A stretch of DNA of 41,271 nt, taken from NCBI GenBank assembly GCA_964563675.1, contig CAZLXQ010000001.1, positions 1 to 41,271 of the forward strand, given 5' to 3'. This document shows, piece after piece, positions 10,331 through 19,096 of this stretch (positions are counted from its first letter, which is position 1; each line of letters begins with the position of its first letter). The position numbers and the translations under genes were made by a program. Source of the stretch: an uncultured Sulfurospirillum sp. Lineage in GTDB: Bacteria; Campylobacterota; Campylobacteria; Campylobacterales; Sulfurospirillaceae. The notes under the pieces are model-generated. The model searched no databases and had not been told where the DNA came from. It was given only the letters and a program-made list of their open reading frames with translations.

Positions 10331-10406
10331 TGGTGGAGTATAGCGGGCTCGAACCGCTGACCCCGACGCTGCCAGCATCGTGCTCTCCCAGCTGAGCTAA
10401 TACCCC
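10331..10406 (-). tRNA. tRNA-Ala (anticodon GGC)
   Basis: GGGGTATTAGCTCAGCTGGGAGAGCACGATGCTGGCAGCGTCGGGGTCAGCGGTTCGAGCCCGCTATACTCCACCA: 76 nt cloverleaf, G3:U70 Ala identity pair, encoded CCA. Confidence 0.97.
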
Positions 10407-10414
10407 ATCACGAA

Positions 10415-10420
10415 ATTATA
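10415..10420 (-). promoter_or_regulatory. -10 element for tRNA-Ala
   Basis: TATAAT on the minus strand, 8 nt upstream of the tRNA 5' end. Confidence 0.5.
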
Positions 10421-10422
10421 TC

Positions 10423-11250
10423 CTAAAGAATCTTATGAAGAGTTGTAGCATCTCCCATCCAGCTCTCTAGTTCACTCCATTTTTCATCTTTTATCATCTG
10501 CTTACATGTAGAGAGCTCTTTTTCAAAAAGCTCTAACGACACAAGTAGGTTTTCACGATTTTGTTTAAATATATCAGACCACATAGTAGGAGAGCTTTTT
10601 GCAAGACGGCTCATACTCTCAAATCCACCAGCTGCTAAAAGAAGGATGTTTTTTGGGTCTTGTTGCCCTATGACACTATTTGCTAAGGCATAACTGATGG
10701 CATGAGGCAGATGAGAGATAAAGCTAGCATGTTTGTCATGCTCACTCTCTTCCATAAAGACTATCTTCATTCCTATATGAGAGAAAAGCTGCACAGCTCT
10801 ATCTTTATGAAAATCTGCTGTATTTCTAGTATCACATAGAACTACTATCTTGTCTCTATACAGATCGCTATGTGCAGCAGACGGGCCAAACTTCTCTCTT
10901 CCTGCCATTGGGTGGGCTGCTACAAAATTGGATCTTATGGATTTTGGAGTACTCTTGATGATTTCACTTTTTGTGCTACCTAGGTCTATTATAGTTGTTC
11001 TATTGCCAACTCCCTTAAGCATACTCAAAGTGCCTATGATAGCCTCAACAGGGATAGCAAGAAAGATAGTATCACACTTCTTTATATCATCAAATGAGAC
11101 TATTTCATCTATGAGATTAAGCTTTAATGCATCTTCACAGTGTGTCAGATTGTGATCAAATCCAAAAACTTTTGAAACTATTTTTGTATTTTGAAATGCT
11201 AGTCCAAGTGATCCGCCAATTAGCCCTAAGCCGATTATGCCTATAGTCAT
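10423..11250 (-). CDS. tyrA: Prephenate dehydrogenase
   Basis: IGLGLIGGS Rossmann motif, DLGSTK, HPMAG, HD...SHLPH, RLAKSSPTMWSDIF. Confidence 0.95.
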   Translation of the reverse strand: MTIGIIGLGLIGGSLGLAFQNTKIVSKVFGFDHNLTHCEDALKLNLIDEIVSFDDIKKCDTIFLAIPVEAIIGTLSMLKGVGNRTTIIDLGSTKSEIIKSTPKSIRSNFVAAHPMAGREKFGPSAAHSDLYRDKIVVLCDTRNTADFHKDRAVQLFSHIGMKIVFMEESEHDKHASFISHLPHAISYALANSVIGQQDPKNILLLAAGGFESMSRLAKSSPTMWSDIFKQNRENLLVSLELFEKELSTCKQMIKDEKWSELESWMGDATTLHKIL

Positions 11251-11277
11251 TTTACTCTCTCCTTTTCAAAGACAAGT

Positions 11278-12708
11278 CTATATACTCTCTATTAGCTGTG
11301 CTGCTGTTCCTGTTTGTTTGCTTTTTGGCTGATACAGGTAGTCTTGAAGTTTTTCAGGTAAGCTAATAGGGTGGTTTAGTGCTTCAAACTCCTCTTTCGC
11401 ACTCTGTTTTGCTTTAAATAGAGCCATTTGTACACGGGAGTAGAAGTTTGCAGCCCCCTCTCCAGATGTCTCTAGGCTTAAAAAATTCGCTGAAGGGTAT
11501 TTGCTTACTATTAGGGACTGAACTCCATCTGAGACTGAAGAGGAAGGCATACATCCAAAGGGCTTAACAGATATAACTAAATGTGCGAGATTATGCTCTA
11601 TGCTTTCTAAGAGATGAGCTACCTCTAAGTGCCCCTCTCCTCCATTGCAGTCTAGTAAGTAGTAGCCCTCTGCTAGCTTAGCGAGTTGCTCCATATCAGG
11701 AACTCTATAGTCATTGAGCCCGATGGTTTTTGCATATAGATAGAAGTATGTTTTTATAGTAGCTTTTCCAATCCTAATAAGAATTTTTGTCTTCATGCTT
11801 GAAAAATCTATCGCTTTACTATTTTCGCTCTGTATGCCTTCAACTTTTTTTAACTTACGCTCCGCCTCCCAAAGACTTCTCATAAGAGTATTTATGAGGG
11901 GTTGTGTGATGCACTCTGCTCCCTCCTCTTCTAAAAATCTATGTAGATTATAGTTGCCATCACTCTCAGTTATCGCAGCCCAAAACTCTCCCATAACCAA
12001 AACTTTTGCTTTAGGCTCTAGGCGATTTAGCTCTATTTTTTTCAAAAGAGAACGACACTTTAAAAGTGCCACAATAAGATTTGTATGATTTAAGAAAGCC
12101 TTTGATACCAAGCTCCTGCACTCTATCATAGCTCTATCAATACTCCCTTTTTCTACTTCATAGGGACGCATTTTATATCCTAAAATATTGATTATATCTC
12201 CTATAATCAAAGCTTTTATAAGCACAATAAAAAACTTGGGAGACAACTCCAGTATATCCTCTTCGCTTTTGTTTTTTTGAAATAGCCCTTTATTGTGTTC
12301 AAAACTAATAATACGAAAACCCTCAAAGCCTGCATCTCTTAAAGCTTTTTTGTACTCAGTGATGTACATTCCAAAACGACAAGGACCGCATCCACCAGCA
12401 GTCACATAAGCGTATCTATAGACTATGTCCTCTTTGCTTAAATTTTTCTCTTCGCAAAGCTTGTGTAGGTATTTTATAAGATTTCCTACTGTAAAGTATG
12501 TTGGATTGCACTGCCCCCTATTGCCATACATCTTCCCTTTTTGAAAAGATTCAAAATCAGGATTTGGCAAAGAGATATAATTCTCTCCTATAGATTTTAA
12601 TGCAACTTCGATTAGTTGGTCTTGAAGAAGAGTAAGTCCTCCTGAGAGTAGAGTTGTCTCCTTTTTTGAACCATATTTTTTAACTATTGTTTTGTCAGTT
12701 GTGTTCAT
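11278..12708 (-). CDS. PlsR-like 2-hydroxyacyl-CoA dehydratase/reductase-family Fe-S protein
   Basis: GQCNPTY, GCGPCRFG, GEGHL and KPFGCMP Cys motifs typical of the partner of double-activase proteins; AAAGGA RBS. Confidence 0.75.
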   Translation of the reverse strand: MNTTDKTIVKKYGSKKETTLLSGGLTLLQDQLIEVALKSIGENYISLPNPDFESFQKGKMYGNRGQCNPTYFTVGNLIKYLHKLCEEKNLSKEDIVYRYAYVTAGGCGPCRFGMYITEYKKALRDAGFEGFRIISFEHNKGLFQKNKSEEDILELSPKFFIVLIKALIIGDIINILGYKMRPYEVEKGSIDRAMIECRSLVSKAFLNHTNLIVALLKCRSLLKKIELNRLEPKAKVLVMGEFWAAITESDGNYNLHRFLEEEGAECITQPLINTLMRSLWEAERKLKKVEGIQSENSKAIDFSSMKTKILIRIGKATIKTYFYLYAKTIGLNDYRVPDMEQLAKLAEGYYLLDCNGGEGHLEVAHLLESIEHNLAHLVISVKPFGCMPSSSVSDGVQSLIVSKYPSANFLSLETSGEGAANFYSRVQMALFKAKQSAKEEFEALNHPISLPEKLQDYLYQPKSKQTGTAAQLIESI

Positions 12709-12731
12709 AATAATTCCTTTATTGACTCTAC

Positions 12732-12769
12732 ATATCGCTAGTTTTACTTGATATAGCGCATAAGGTCAG
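12732..12769 (-). repeat. Partial MITE copy (left end) overlapping the plsA-like stop codon
   Basis: Minus strand CTGACCTTATGCGCTATATCAAG matches 19829-19851 CTGACCTTACGCACTATATCAAG at 21/23; weaker similarity continues to about 12732. Confidence 0.75.
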
Positions 12770-15700
12770 ATATTTAATCTATACTGCTCCAAAGAGTAAG
12801 CGAAAGTTTTAACTCTTATCTTTATGGAGCCACTTGGTTTGTTAGCATCAATGTCGTGTAGTGTCAAATGAGGCGTTCGACTTCTACTTAGTATATTGTC
12901 TATAATATCATAAGTAGGAGCATCTTGTCCACACTTAAAGCTACTTAAATCAACAACGGCAACATTTGGATGAGCTGATGCAAACTTAGCTGCCCAAACT
13001 TTTTGTGATGAGTTAGTCGAGTAGTTTTCAAGCCAAACATCTCGTATATCAAAACAGGACTCAATCTTTTTTGCCTCTATGTCTGCTCCAAAAAAAGCCT
13101 TAAGATACTCTTCGTCTTTTGGGATTGCACCCATGCTAAGTATCTTGTACCCCAAAGATTGAAACTCATCAAGCACATCATGATTTAATCCAGGATCGCT
13201 ATGATAAGGACGACCTAACAACAAGATAACAACCTCTTTATCTCTAATTGCACTATCAAGAACTTTACGGCCTTGATTCATCATATCAACCTCATTTGCC
13301 TCAAGAGCTTTTTTAGCCTCTTTAGCAGCCCAGTTACTTTCATCTTCTGTAATTTTGAGCCTATCTCCCCAGGTAGAAAAAAGTTGTTTTTTGAGCAAGT
13401 TATTGTTGTTAAAGTTTAAAGAGTTATAGACAAAGAGTATGTTTTTCTCCTTGAAAAGGTCCCTCTCTTTTGTAAATGAAGAGTAGACTACTTGCGGAGT
13501 TCCTGAAACAATCGGACATGAGGTCTGTCCCACAGTATGCTCAACATATCCCAACAGCTCTGTTATGGCTGGAAACCAGATAAAATCTAACTCTTTTTTT
13601 ACAAATTTTCCAGAGTTCATCAAAGCATATATATGTGATTGAGCTACTTTAGCTGGATAGCAAGAGTCAACTGAGCCATATTTTGCACCCTCAAGATACA
13701 TATCTTCATTGGAGAAGTCAGAAAAGTAGATATTTTTAGAAGAGATGCCAATAGCCTCAAGATATGTTCTTAAAAAAGGAGCTAGTGAGTAGATGTTTAA
13801 TACTTTAGGTATCGCTATTTTGATATCTTTTCTATACTCTACACTCTCTTTAGTGCTAGCTTTAAAGTTTCTCTTAATCTCTCTTGCAAAAGTAGGTCCC
13901 CACCCACCAAAAGTCACTGTTGTTTTTAGCTCTTTTATCCTACATGATGGTGTATATCTATCTTGAAGTTTATAGGCATAGTTAAAGAGTGATATAGACT
14001 CTTGCTTTACAAGGTTTGGAGTTTTTCGTTGTAACTCTTTTTTATTTTTGCTAAGTATTTTTAGTGCCTCTTTTGATTCAACAGTCCCTTTATCGCAAGC
14101 AAATCCCGCAATGTATCGCACTATATCACTTGATGGTGTTTTTGTATCTATAAAAGTACGAGAGCAGGCAATGGAGCAAAAATCGCAACGAGTAGTCTCG
14201 TCAGTTTTGGTAGTATATGTCATCTTTAAAGACTCTGCTAATCCAACAAAAGTTGAATACCCCCGCTGCCTCACAACATCTCTAGCCTCAATAGCAGCCC
14301 CAAAAGCTCCAGCCTCACCAGGATAAGGGTGTGCTTTTACGGTTGCTGATGGAGCTTGAGCTTTTATGTAGTCAATTTGCGCCTTTAGGGCTGCTTGATT
14401 GTACTGAGTTCCGCCTTGAAGCACAAAGTTCTTTCCTAGTGATTCAAGATTTGGAGTTTGGACTATATATTGCCATATATTTTTAGGCAATACTTTTGCT
14501 ATGCCCGCAAAAAGCTCCTCTCTAGTATACCCTTCTTTTTGAAAATTGACCCTATCAGTATCTAAAAAAACAGCACAACCATAGTTGAACATAGGAGCTT
14601 GTTTAGCAGTAAAAGCTACTTTGGCAAAATCCTCCATCTCCACCCCAAACTGCTTTGCCATGCCTTGAAGAAGAGCTCCATTTCCAGCAGAGCATTGGTT
14701 TGATAAGCGAAAGTTCTTCATCATGCCATTTTGAATAAAAAGAACCTTGATATCCTGCCCACCTACATCACAAATCACATCAATACTCTCTCCAAATACT
14801 GATTGAGCACTTTTTAGATGAGCGATAGTTTCTACTATATTGATATCAGCTTTAAGTGCACCCTCTAACACATCGGCAGCATAGCCAGTTACACCTAATC
14901 CACAGATGTCATAAAACCCATCTAAATCTTCAGCTTTTATCTTCTCTAATAGCTCTACTGTATCATCAATAGGATTGCCTTTTGAGAGTTGGTAGACTTT
15001 TAGAAGTAGGTTTGAATCTTCATCACAAAGAACTGCTTTTGAAGAGGTTGAGCCCCCATCAATCCCTAAAAAACAACGAGTTTTTTTACTAAGCTTTGGT
15101 GCGATAAATGACTTTATTGCATACTCTTTTTGAAAAGAGTTTAGCTCCTCTTGAGAAGAGACTAAAGGGGTATCGCTATTTTCTCTCTTTTGAACTATAT
15201 TTTGATTGATAAATTTTTTAAGCTCACAAACTCCTCTAAAACGCATACTTTTATCTTTGTTTTCACCCTCACCAAATATAATTGCCCCCAAAGCAGCATA
15301 GTATTGAGCATTTGAAGGTGTAAATACTAGCTCTTTAGTCGCATTTTTATCATACTGCACACCTCTCTCGTCCCACAATTCACAAATGCGAACACGCCAG
15401 CACTCTTGTAAAAAACCAAGATATGCATTTGGTCCTCCAAGTAGTAAAACTTTGGGCATAAGAGTATTTCCACGAGTAAGAACAGTGAGGTTTTGCATCA
15501 CAATCGCATCTGCTAAAGAGTTCATTATCTCGATATAAGGGATAGATGTTTTAACCAAGTTAACTATATCAGTCTCTGCAAATACTCCACACTTTGCAGC
15601 AACATGGTGAAGTTTATTTTTGTCAAAAACTATCCCTCTAAGCACTTCAGCACTAATACCAACCTTCATCATACACTTTTCTATAGTTGCTCCAGTACCC

Positions 15701-16101
15701 GAAGCACACTTGTCATTCATAGAGGTAATTACAGATTTTTTGCCATCTTGTGCCTCTTTAAAGTGAATGATTTTTGCATCTTGTCCGCCTAGTTCTATAA
15801 CAGACCTTGCATCAGGATGAAGATGTTGGGTTGCAAGAACAACAGCATTTACCTCTTGAACGAAACGAGCATTTATTACAGGTGCGATTCTAGTAGCTCC
15901 AGAGCCTGTTATGTATGCTCGCTCAATAGAATCAAAAAACTCTTTAGATGAGAGCTCTTCAAGAAGCATCAAAAGCGTATGTGCTTGTTTTGTATTGTGT
16001 GCTACATAGTCTTGAGCTACGATTGAGAAGTTGCTATCACATACTACATACTTAACAGTCGTTGAGCCGATATCTATGCCTAAATTATATTTTTTTATCA
16101 T
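12766..16101 (-). CDS. PlsA/Ger-like protein: two BcrAD/BadFG ATPase-[4Fe-4S] activase domains plus a DUF2229-type reductase domain
   Basis: GIDIGSTT...ELGGQDAK...NDKCASGTG...KCGVFAE; second copy GIDGGSTS...DVGGQDIK...NQCSAGNG...GCAVF; CDFCSIAC linker; CYPAKVAQSH, GRPYHSDPGLNH, SFKCGQD. Confidence 0.85.
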   Translation of the reverse strand: MIKKYNLGIDIGSTTVKYVVCDSNFSIVAQDYVAHNTKQAHTLLMLLEELSSKEFFDSIERAYITGSGATRIAPVINARFVQEVNAVVLATQHLHPDARSVIELGGQDAKIIHFKEAQDGKKSVITSMNDKCASGTGATIEKCMMKVGISAEVLRGIVFDKNKLHHVAAKCGVFAETDIVNLVKTSIPYIEIMNSLADAIVMQNLTVLTRGNTLMPKVLLLGGPNAYLGFLQECWRVRICELWDERGVQYDKNATKELVFTPSNAQYYAALGAIIFGEGENKDKSMRFRGVCELKKFINQNIVQKRENSDTPLVSSQEELNSFQKEYAIKSFIAPKLSKKTRCFLGIDGGSTSSKAVLCDEDSNLLLKVYQLSKGNPIDDTVELLEKIKAEDLDGFYDICGLGVTGYAADVLEGALKADINIVETIAHLKSAQSVFGESIDVICDVGGQDIKVLFIQNGMMKNFRLSNQCSAGNGALLQGMAKQFGVEMEDFAKVAFTAKQAPMFNYGCAVFLDTDRVNFQKEGYTREELFAGIAKVLPKNIWQYIVQTPNLESLGKNFVLQGGTQYNQAALKAQIDYIKAQAPSATVKAHPYPGEAGAFGAAIEARDVVRQRGYSTFVGLAESLKMTYTTKTDETTRCDFCSIACSRTFIDTKTPSSDIVRYIAGFACDKGTVESKEALKILSKNKKELQRKTPNLVKQESISLFNYAYKLQDRYTPSCRIKELKTTVTFGGWGPTFAREIKRNFKASTKESVEYRKDIKIAIPKVLNIYSLAPFLRTYLEAIGISSKNIYFSDFSNEDMYLEGAKYGSVDSCYPAKVAQSHIYALMNSGKFVKKELDFIWFPAITELLGYVEHTVGQTSCPIVSGTPQVVYSSFTKERDLFKEKNILFVYNSLNFNNNNLLKKQLFSTWGDRLKITEDESNWAAKEAKKALEANEVDMMNQGRKVLDSAIRDKEVVILLLGRPYHSDPGLNHDVLDEFQSLGYKILSMGAIPKDEEYLKAFFGADIEAKKIESCFDIRDVWLENYSTNSSQKVWAAKFASAHPNVAVVDLSSFKCGQDAPTYDIIDNILSRSRTPHLTLHDIDANKPSGSIKIRVKTFAYSLEQYRLNI

Positions 16102-16894
16102 TATCTCTTTTTATTTTTGTATTATTTTTTAATGCTACGATTATCCACACTATACCAATCAATACTAAAGGTATGCTTAACATTTGACCCGTAGTAAAAT
16201 AGCTACACAAGGTATAAGCTTCTTGTTTTGTTTTAGTGTATTCTAGTAAGAAGCGAGCACTAAACATGTAGATTAAAAAGATACCTGGAAGAATTTTTGT
16301 AGCAACGAGTGGCGATACTTTGCGGTAGATAAAAATCAAGATTATCAAAAGAGACAAGTAAGAGAGAGCTTCATAAAGCTGTACAGGATGGCGAGGTATC
16401 ATATCTACTCGCTCAAAGATAACTGCCCAAGGTTGTGTTGAAGGAAGACCAAGAATTTCAGAATTGAAAAAGTTACCAATTCTAACAAAAACAGCCGCTA
16501 AAGCACCTGGAATCGTCATACGAGAAAGAAGCCACAAAAAAGACTCATTGTGTCTTTTTGAAAATATAAAAAGTGCAATCAAAATACCAACCATTCCACC
16601 ATGACTTGCTAAGCCTCCTTTATGCACCATCAAAATTTCAATTGGGTTTGCAAGATAGAACTGAGGCTCATATGCCAAACAGTGAACTAAGCGAGCCCCC
16701 ACAACTGTACCAACCACCACATAGATAAGTAGCGTATCAAGCAGTGCAGGATCCTTGCCCTCTCTTTTGTAAATCCACTTAAATAGATAGAGTCCTAAGA
16801 AAAATGCTGCAACAAATAGAACCCCATACCAACGAAGAGCAAATGAGCCTATTTCAAATATGTTGGGACTAACATCCCATATAAAGTAATCCAT
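16085..16894 (-). CDS. lgt: Prolipoprotein diacylglyceryl transferase
   Basis: RWYG, GARL, GGLASHGG, RIGNFFNSE, RHPVQLYE and RFLLEY motifs; multiple TM helices. Confidence 0.95.
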   Translation of the reverse strand: MDYFIWDVSPNIFEIGSFALRWYGVLFVAAFFLGLYLFKWIYKREGKDPALLDTLLIYVVVGTVVGARLVHCLAYEPQFYLANPIEILMVHKGGLASHGGMVGILIALFIFSKRHNESFLWLLSRMTIPGALAAVFVRIGNFFNSEILGLPSTQPWAVIFERVDMIPRHPVQLYEALSYLSLLIILIFIYRKVSPLVATKILPGIFLIYMFSARFLLEYTKTKQEAYTLCSYFTTGQMLSIPLVLIGIVWIIVALKNNTKIKRDNDKKI

Positions 16895-16920
16895 TTAAAG
16901 TATCCTAATTTTAAATTTGA

Positions 16921-16929
16921 ATTATACCA
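16921..16929 (-). promoter_or_regulatory. Extended -10 promoter for the lgt-plsA-plsR(-tyrA) operon
   Basis: Minus strand TGGTATAAT, followed by AGGA RBS near 16903-16906 and the lgt ATG. Confidence 0.6.
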
Positions 16930-16982
16930 ATAATATATTAACAATATGTCAGTTTGCTTTTGTTTTGTATTTTTGTTAGAAT

Positions 16983-17005
16983 AAAAAGTGTATAAAGCTA
17001 GTTAA
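16983..17005 (+). repeat. Degenerate MITE right-end remnant upstream of msrBA
   Basis: AAAAAGTGTATAAAGCTAGTTAA matches 22128-22150 AAAAAGTGTGTAAGGCTAGTTAA at 21/23. Confidence 0.55.
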
Positions 17006-17021
17006 GGATTAAGGGTGCTAC

Positions 17022-17858
17022 ATGCATAATAAACTAACACAAAAAGAGAAACATATCATACAAGACAAAGGTACAGAAGCACCATATAGTGGTAAATATA
17101 ATGATTTTTATAAAGATGGAGTCTTTACATGTAGACGCTGCGATACTCCTTTGTATGATTCAAAAAGCAAATTTAATTCAGGTTGTGGTTGGCCCAGTTT
17201 TGATGGTGAGATAGCAGGGGCAGTAGAGCGAATTACTGATGTAGATAAAGAGAGAGTGGAGATTACATGTAGAGGTTGTAGTGGACATTTGGGGCATGTT
17301 TTTGAGGGCGAGGGGTTTACGGATAAAAACACAAGGCACTGTGTTAACTCTATCAGCTTGGATTTTAATCCTACTGCTACAAAAAAAGCTTACTATGCTG
17401 GAGGATGTTTTTGGGGAGTGGAGTACTACTTCAACAAAGAAGAGGGTGTTGTAGATGCACTATCGGGTTTTATGGGAGGTCATGTAGAAAACCCGATTTA
17501 TCAAGATGTCTGTTGTGGCAATACAGGGCATATTGAAGTTGTAGAAGTTACCTACAACTCACGAAAGATAAGTTATGAGAATCTTACAAAGCTATTTTTT
17601 GAGATACACGATCCAACACAAGAGGATGGACAAGGCCCAGACATAGGCAGTCAATATCTTAGTGCGATCTTTACTTCAGATGAAAAAGAGAGAAAAATGA
17701 TAAAAAAGCTAATAGGGAAGCTAGAGAAAAGTGGCTTACATATAGCTACTAAAATCTTAGAAAAACAGAAGTTCTATAAAGCGGAAGAGTATCATCAATA
17801 CTACTATCAGAAAAATGGTAAAACCCCATACTGCCACACTAGGCACTCTAGATTTTAG
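17022..17858 (+). CDS. msrAB: Bifunctional methionine sulfoxide reductase MsrB-MsrA
   Basis: N-terminal MsrB (GTE, CxxC, GCGWPSF, HLGHVF, RHCVNS) fused to MsrA (GGCFWG, GHIEVV, AEEYHQ). Confidence 0.95.
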   Translation: MHNKLTQKEKHIIQDKGTEAPYSGKYNDFYKDGVFTCRRCDTPLYDSKSKFNSGCGWPSFDGEIAGAVERITDVDKERVEITCRGCSGHLGHVFEGEGFTDKNTRHCVNSISLDFNPTATKKAYYAGGCFWGVEYYFNKEEGVVDALSGFMGGHVENPIYQDVCCGNTGHIEVVEVTYNSRKISYENLTKLFFEIHDPTQEDGQGPDIGSQYLSAIFTSDEKERKMIKKLIGKLEKSGLHIATKILEKQKFYKAEEYHQYYYQKNGKTPYCHTRHSRF

Positions 17859-17866
17859 AACTTACT

Positions 17867-19096
17867 TTATTGGATAATTTTAGCTTTTTTAACTTCATCT
17901 GTACTATGTAATTCAAAGATATCATCTACATGTAGAGCCTTTAGAGAGCTTTTTTTGCCATTTTTGATTATCTGAACAAAGCTCTTTTTAACTCCCTTAC
18001 TTGGGTTGTTCCCTTCAAGTAGAACTAAGAGTGAATTTAGCAAACTCTTTTTCGTATGTAGAAGTTTTTTTACCATAAAATCCAAATCTTGATTTATACC
18101 ACTTTTTTGATGAGATTTTATTTGCAAAAGATTTAAAAAAAGTTGCCCATATCTTTTTTGCATCAGCTCTACCTCTTTTTCATAAGTTGATATTTTTGAT
18201 TCAAATGAGTAGGATATAAATATCTTTTTTAGCACCTCAGTCTTCTCTTTTTTGATATCGATAATTCGCTTTATGTACGAACTCGCAACTTCACTCATCT
18301 CATCAAGCCTAAGAAGTATCTCAGTCTTATCAAGCAGTATCATCTCCATAGCAGCCGAAGGTGTCGGAGCTCTTAAGTCTGCTACAAAATCACTAATAAC
18401 ATAGTCAATCTCATGTCCTACTGCACTCACTATGGGAGTTTTTGCAAGATAGATTGCATCTGCTACAACCTCTTCATTGAAGCCCCACAAATCCTCAATG
18501 CTTCCTCCACCTCTTGCGATAACTAGAGTGTCTGCATTCAAGGTGTCTGCTTTTTCTATATTTGAAGCGATTATCTCACCACAACCCTCGCCTTGTACAA
18601 CGCTATCAACAAGTGTGATTTTAACTAACGGCCACCGTTTTTGTGCCACTCTAAGCATGTCTTGCAAGACCGCTCCTGTGCCACTTGTAACTATAGCTAT
18701 GTGAGACATATACTTTGGAATTGGCTTTTTATTTTCAAAATAACCCTTTTTATGCAAAGACCTCTTTAGTTGCTCATATGCCAAAGCCAAAGCACCCTCT
18801 CCTGCTGGCTCAATTTTAGTGCAGTTTATCTGATAGTTTCCTCTTGGAGTATAAACACTAACTGAGCCATGAATCACAACTGCCATGCCCTCTTCAAGGC
18901 GAAACTTCATCTTCATGTTGTTGCCACGAAACATCACACAAGATATAGACGAATTTTCATCTTTTAGAGTAAAGTAGAGATGACCTGAGCCGTGATAAGT
19001 GATGCGAGACACCTCTGCTTCAACACTTACATGTAGAAAAGTTGTCTCTAGTAGAGATTTTATCTGATTATTGAGAGTGCTTACGCTTAGAATCAT
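17867..19096 (-). CDS. xseA: Exodeoxyribonuclease VII large subunit
   Basis: SGHLYFTLKD, ARGGGSIEDL, SAVGHEID, RAPTPSAA. Confidence 0.96.
   Translation of the reverse strand: MILSVSTLNNQIKSLLETTFLHVSVEAEVSRITYHGSGHLYFTLKDENSSISCVMFRGNNMKMKFRLEEGMAVVIHGSVSVYTPRGNYQINCTKIEPAGEGALALAYEQLKRSLHKKGYFENKKPIPKYMSHIAIVTSGTGAVLQDMLRVAQKRWPLVKITLVDSVVQGEGCGEIIASNIEKADTLNADTLVIARGGGSIEDLWGFNEEVVADAIYLAKTPIVSAVGHEIDYVISDFVADLRAPTPSAAMEMILLDKTEILLRLDEMSEVASSYIKRIIDIKKEKTEVLKKIFISYSFESKISTYEKEVELMQKRYGQLFLNLLQIKSHQKSGINQDLDFMVKKLLHTKKSLLNSLLVLLEGNNPSKGVKKSFVQIIKNGKKSSLKALHVDDIFELHSTDEVKKAKIIQ

Noticed and set aside
10331-10406. tRNA-Ala as an integration site for the pls-lgt region
   Set aside because: No duplicated tRNA 3' end or integrase was seen. 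The region lies on the 5' side of the tRNA, with tyrA in between.
16917-16930. FNR-like box TTGAA-N4-ACCAA over the lgt -10
   Set aside because: An 8/10 match in very AT-rich DNA is easily chance, and no supporting regulator is in the window.
12747-17005. Composite transposon formed by MITE ends around plsA-lgt
   Set aside because: Both remnants have their interior to the left rather than facing each other, plsR is outside the pair, and no shared target duplication is visible.
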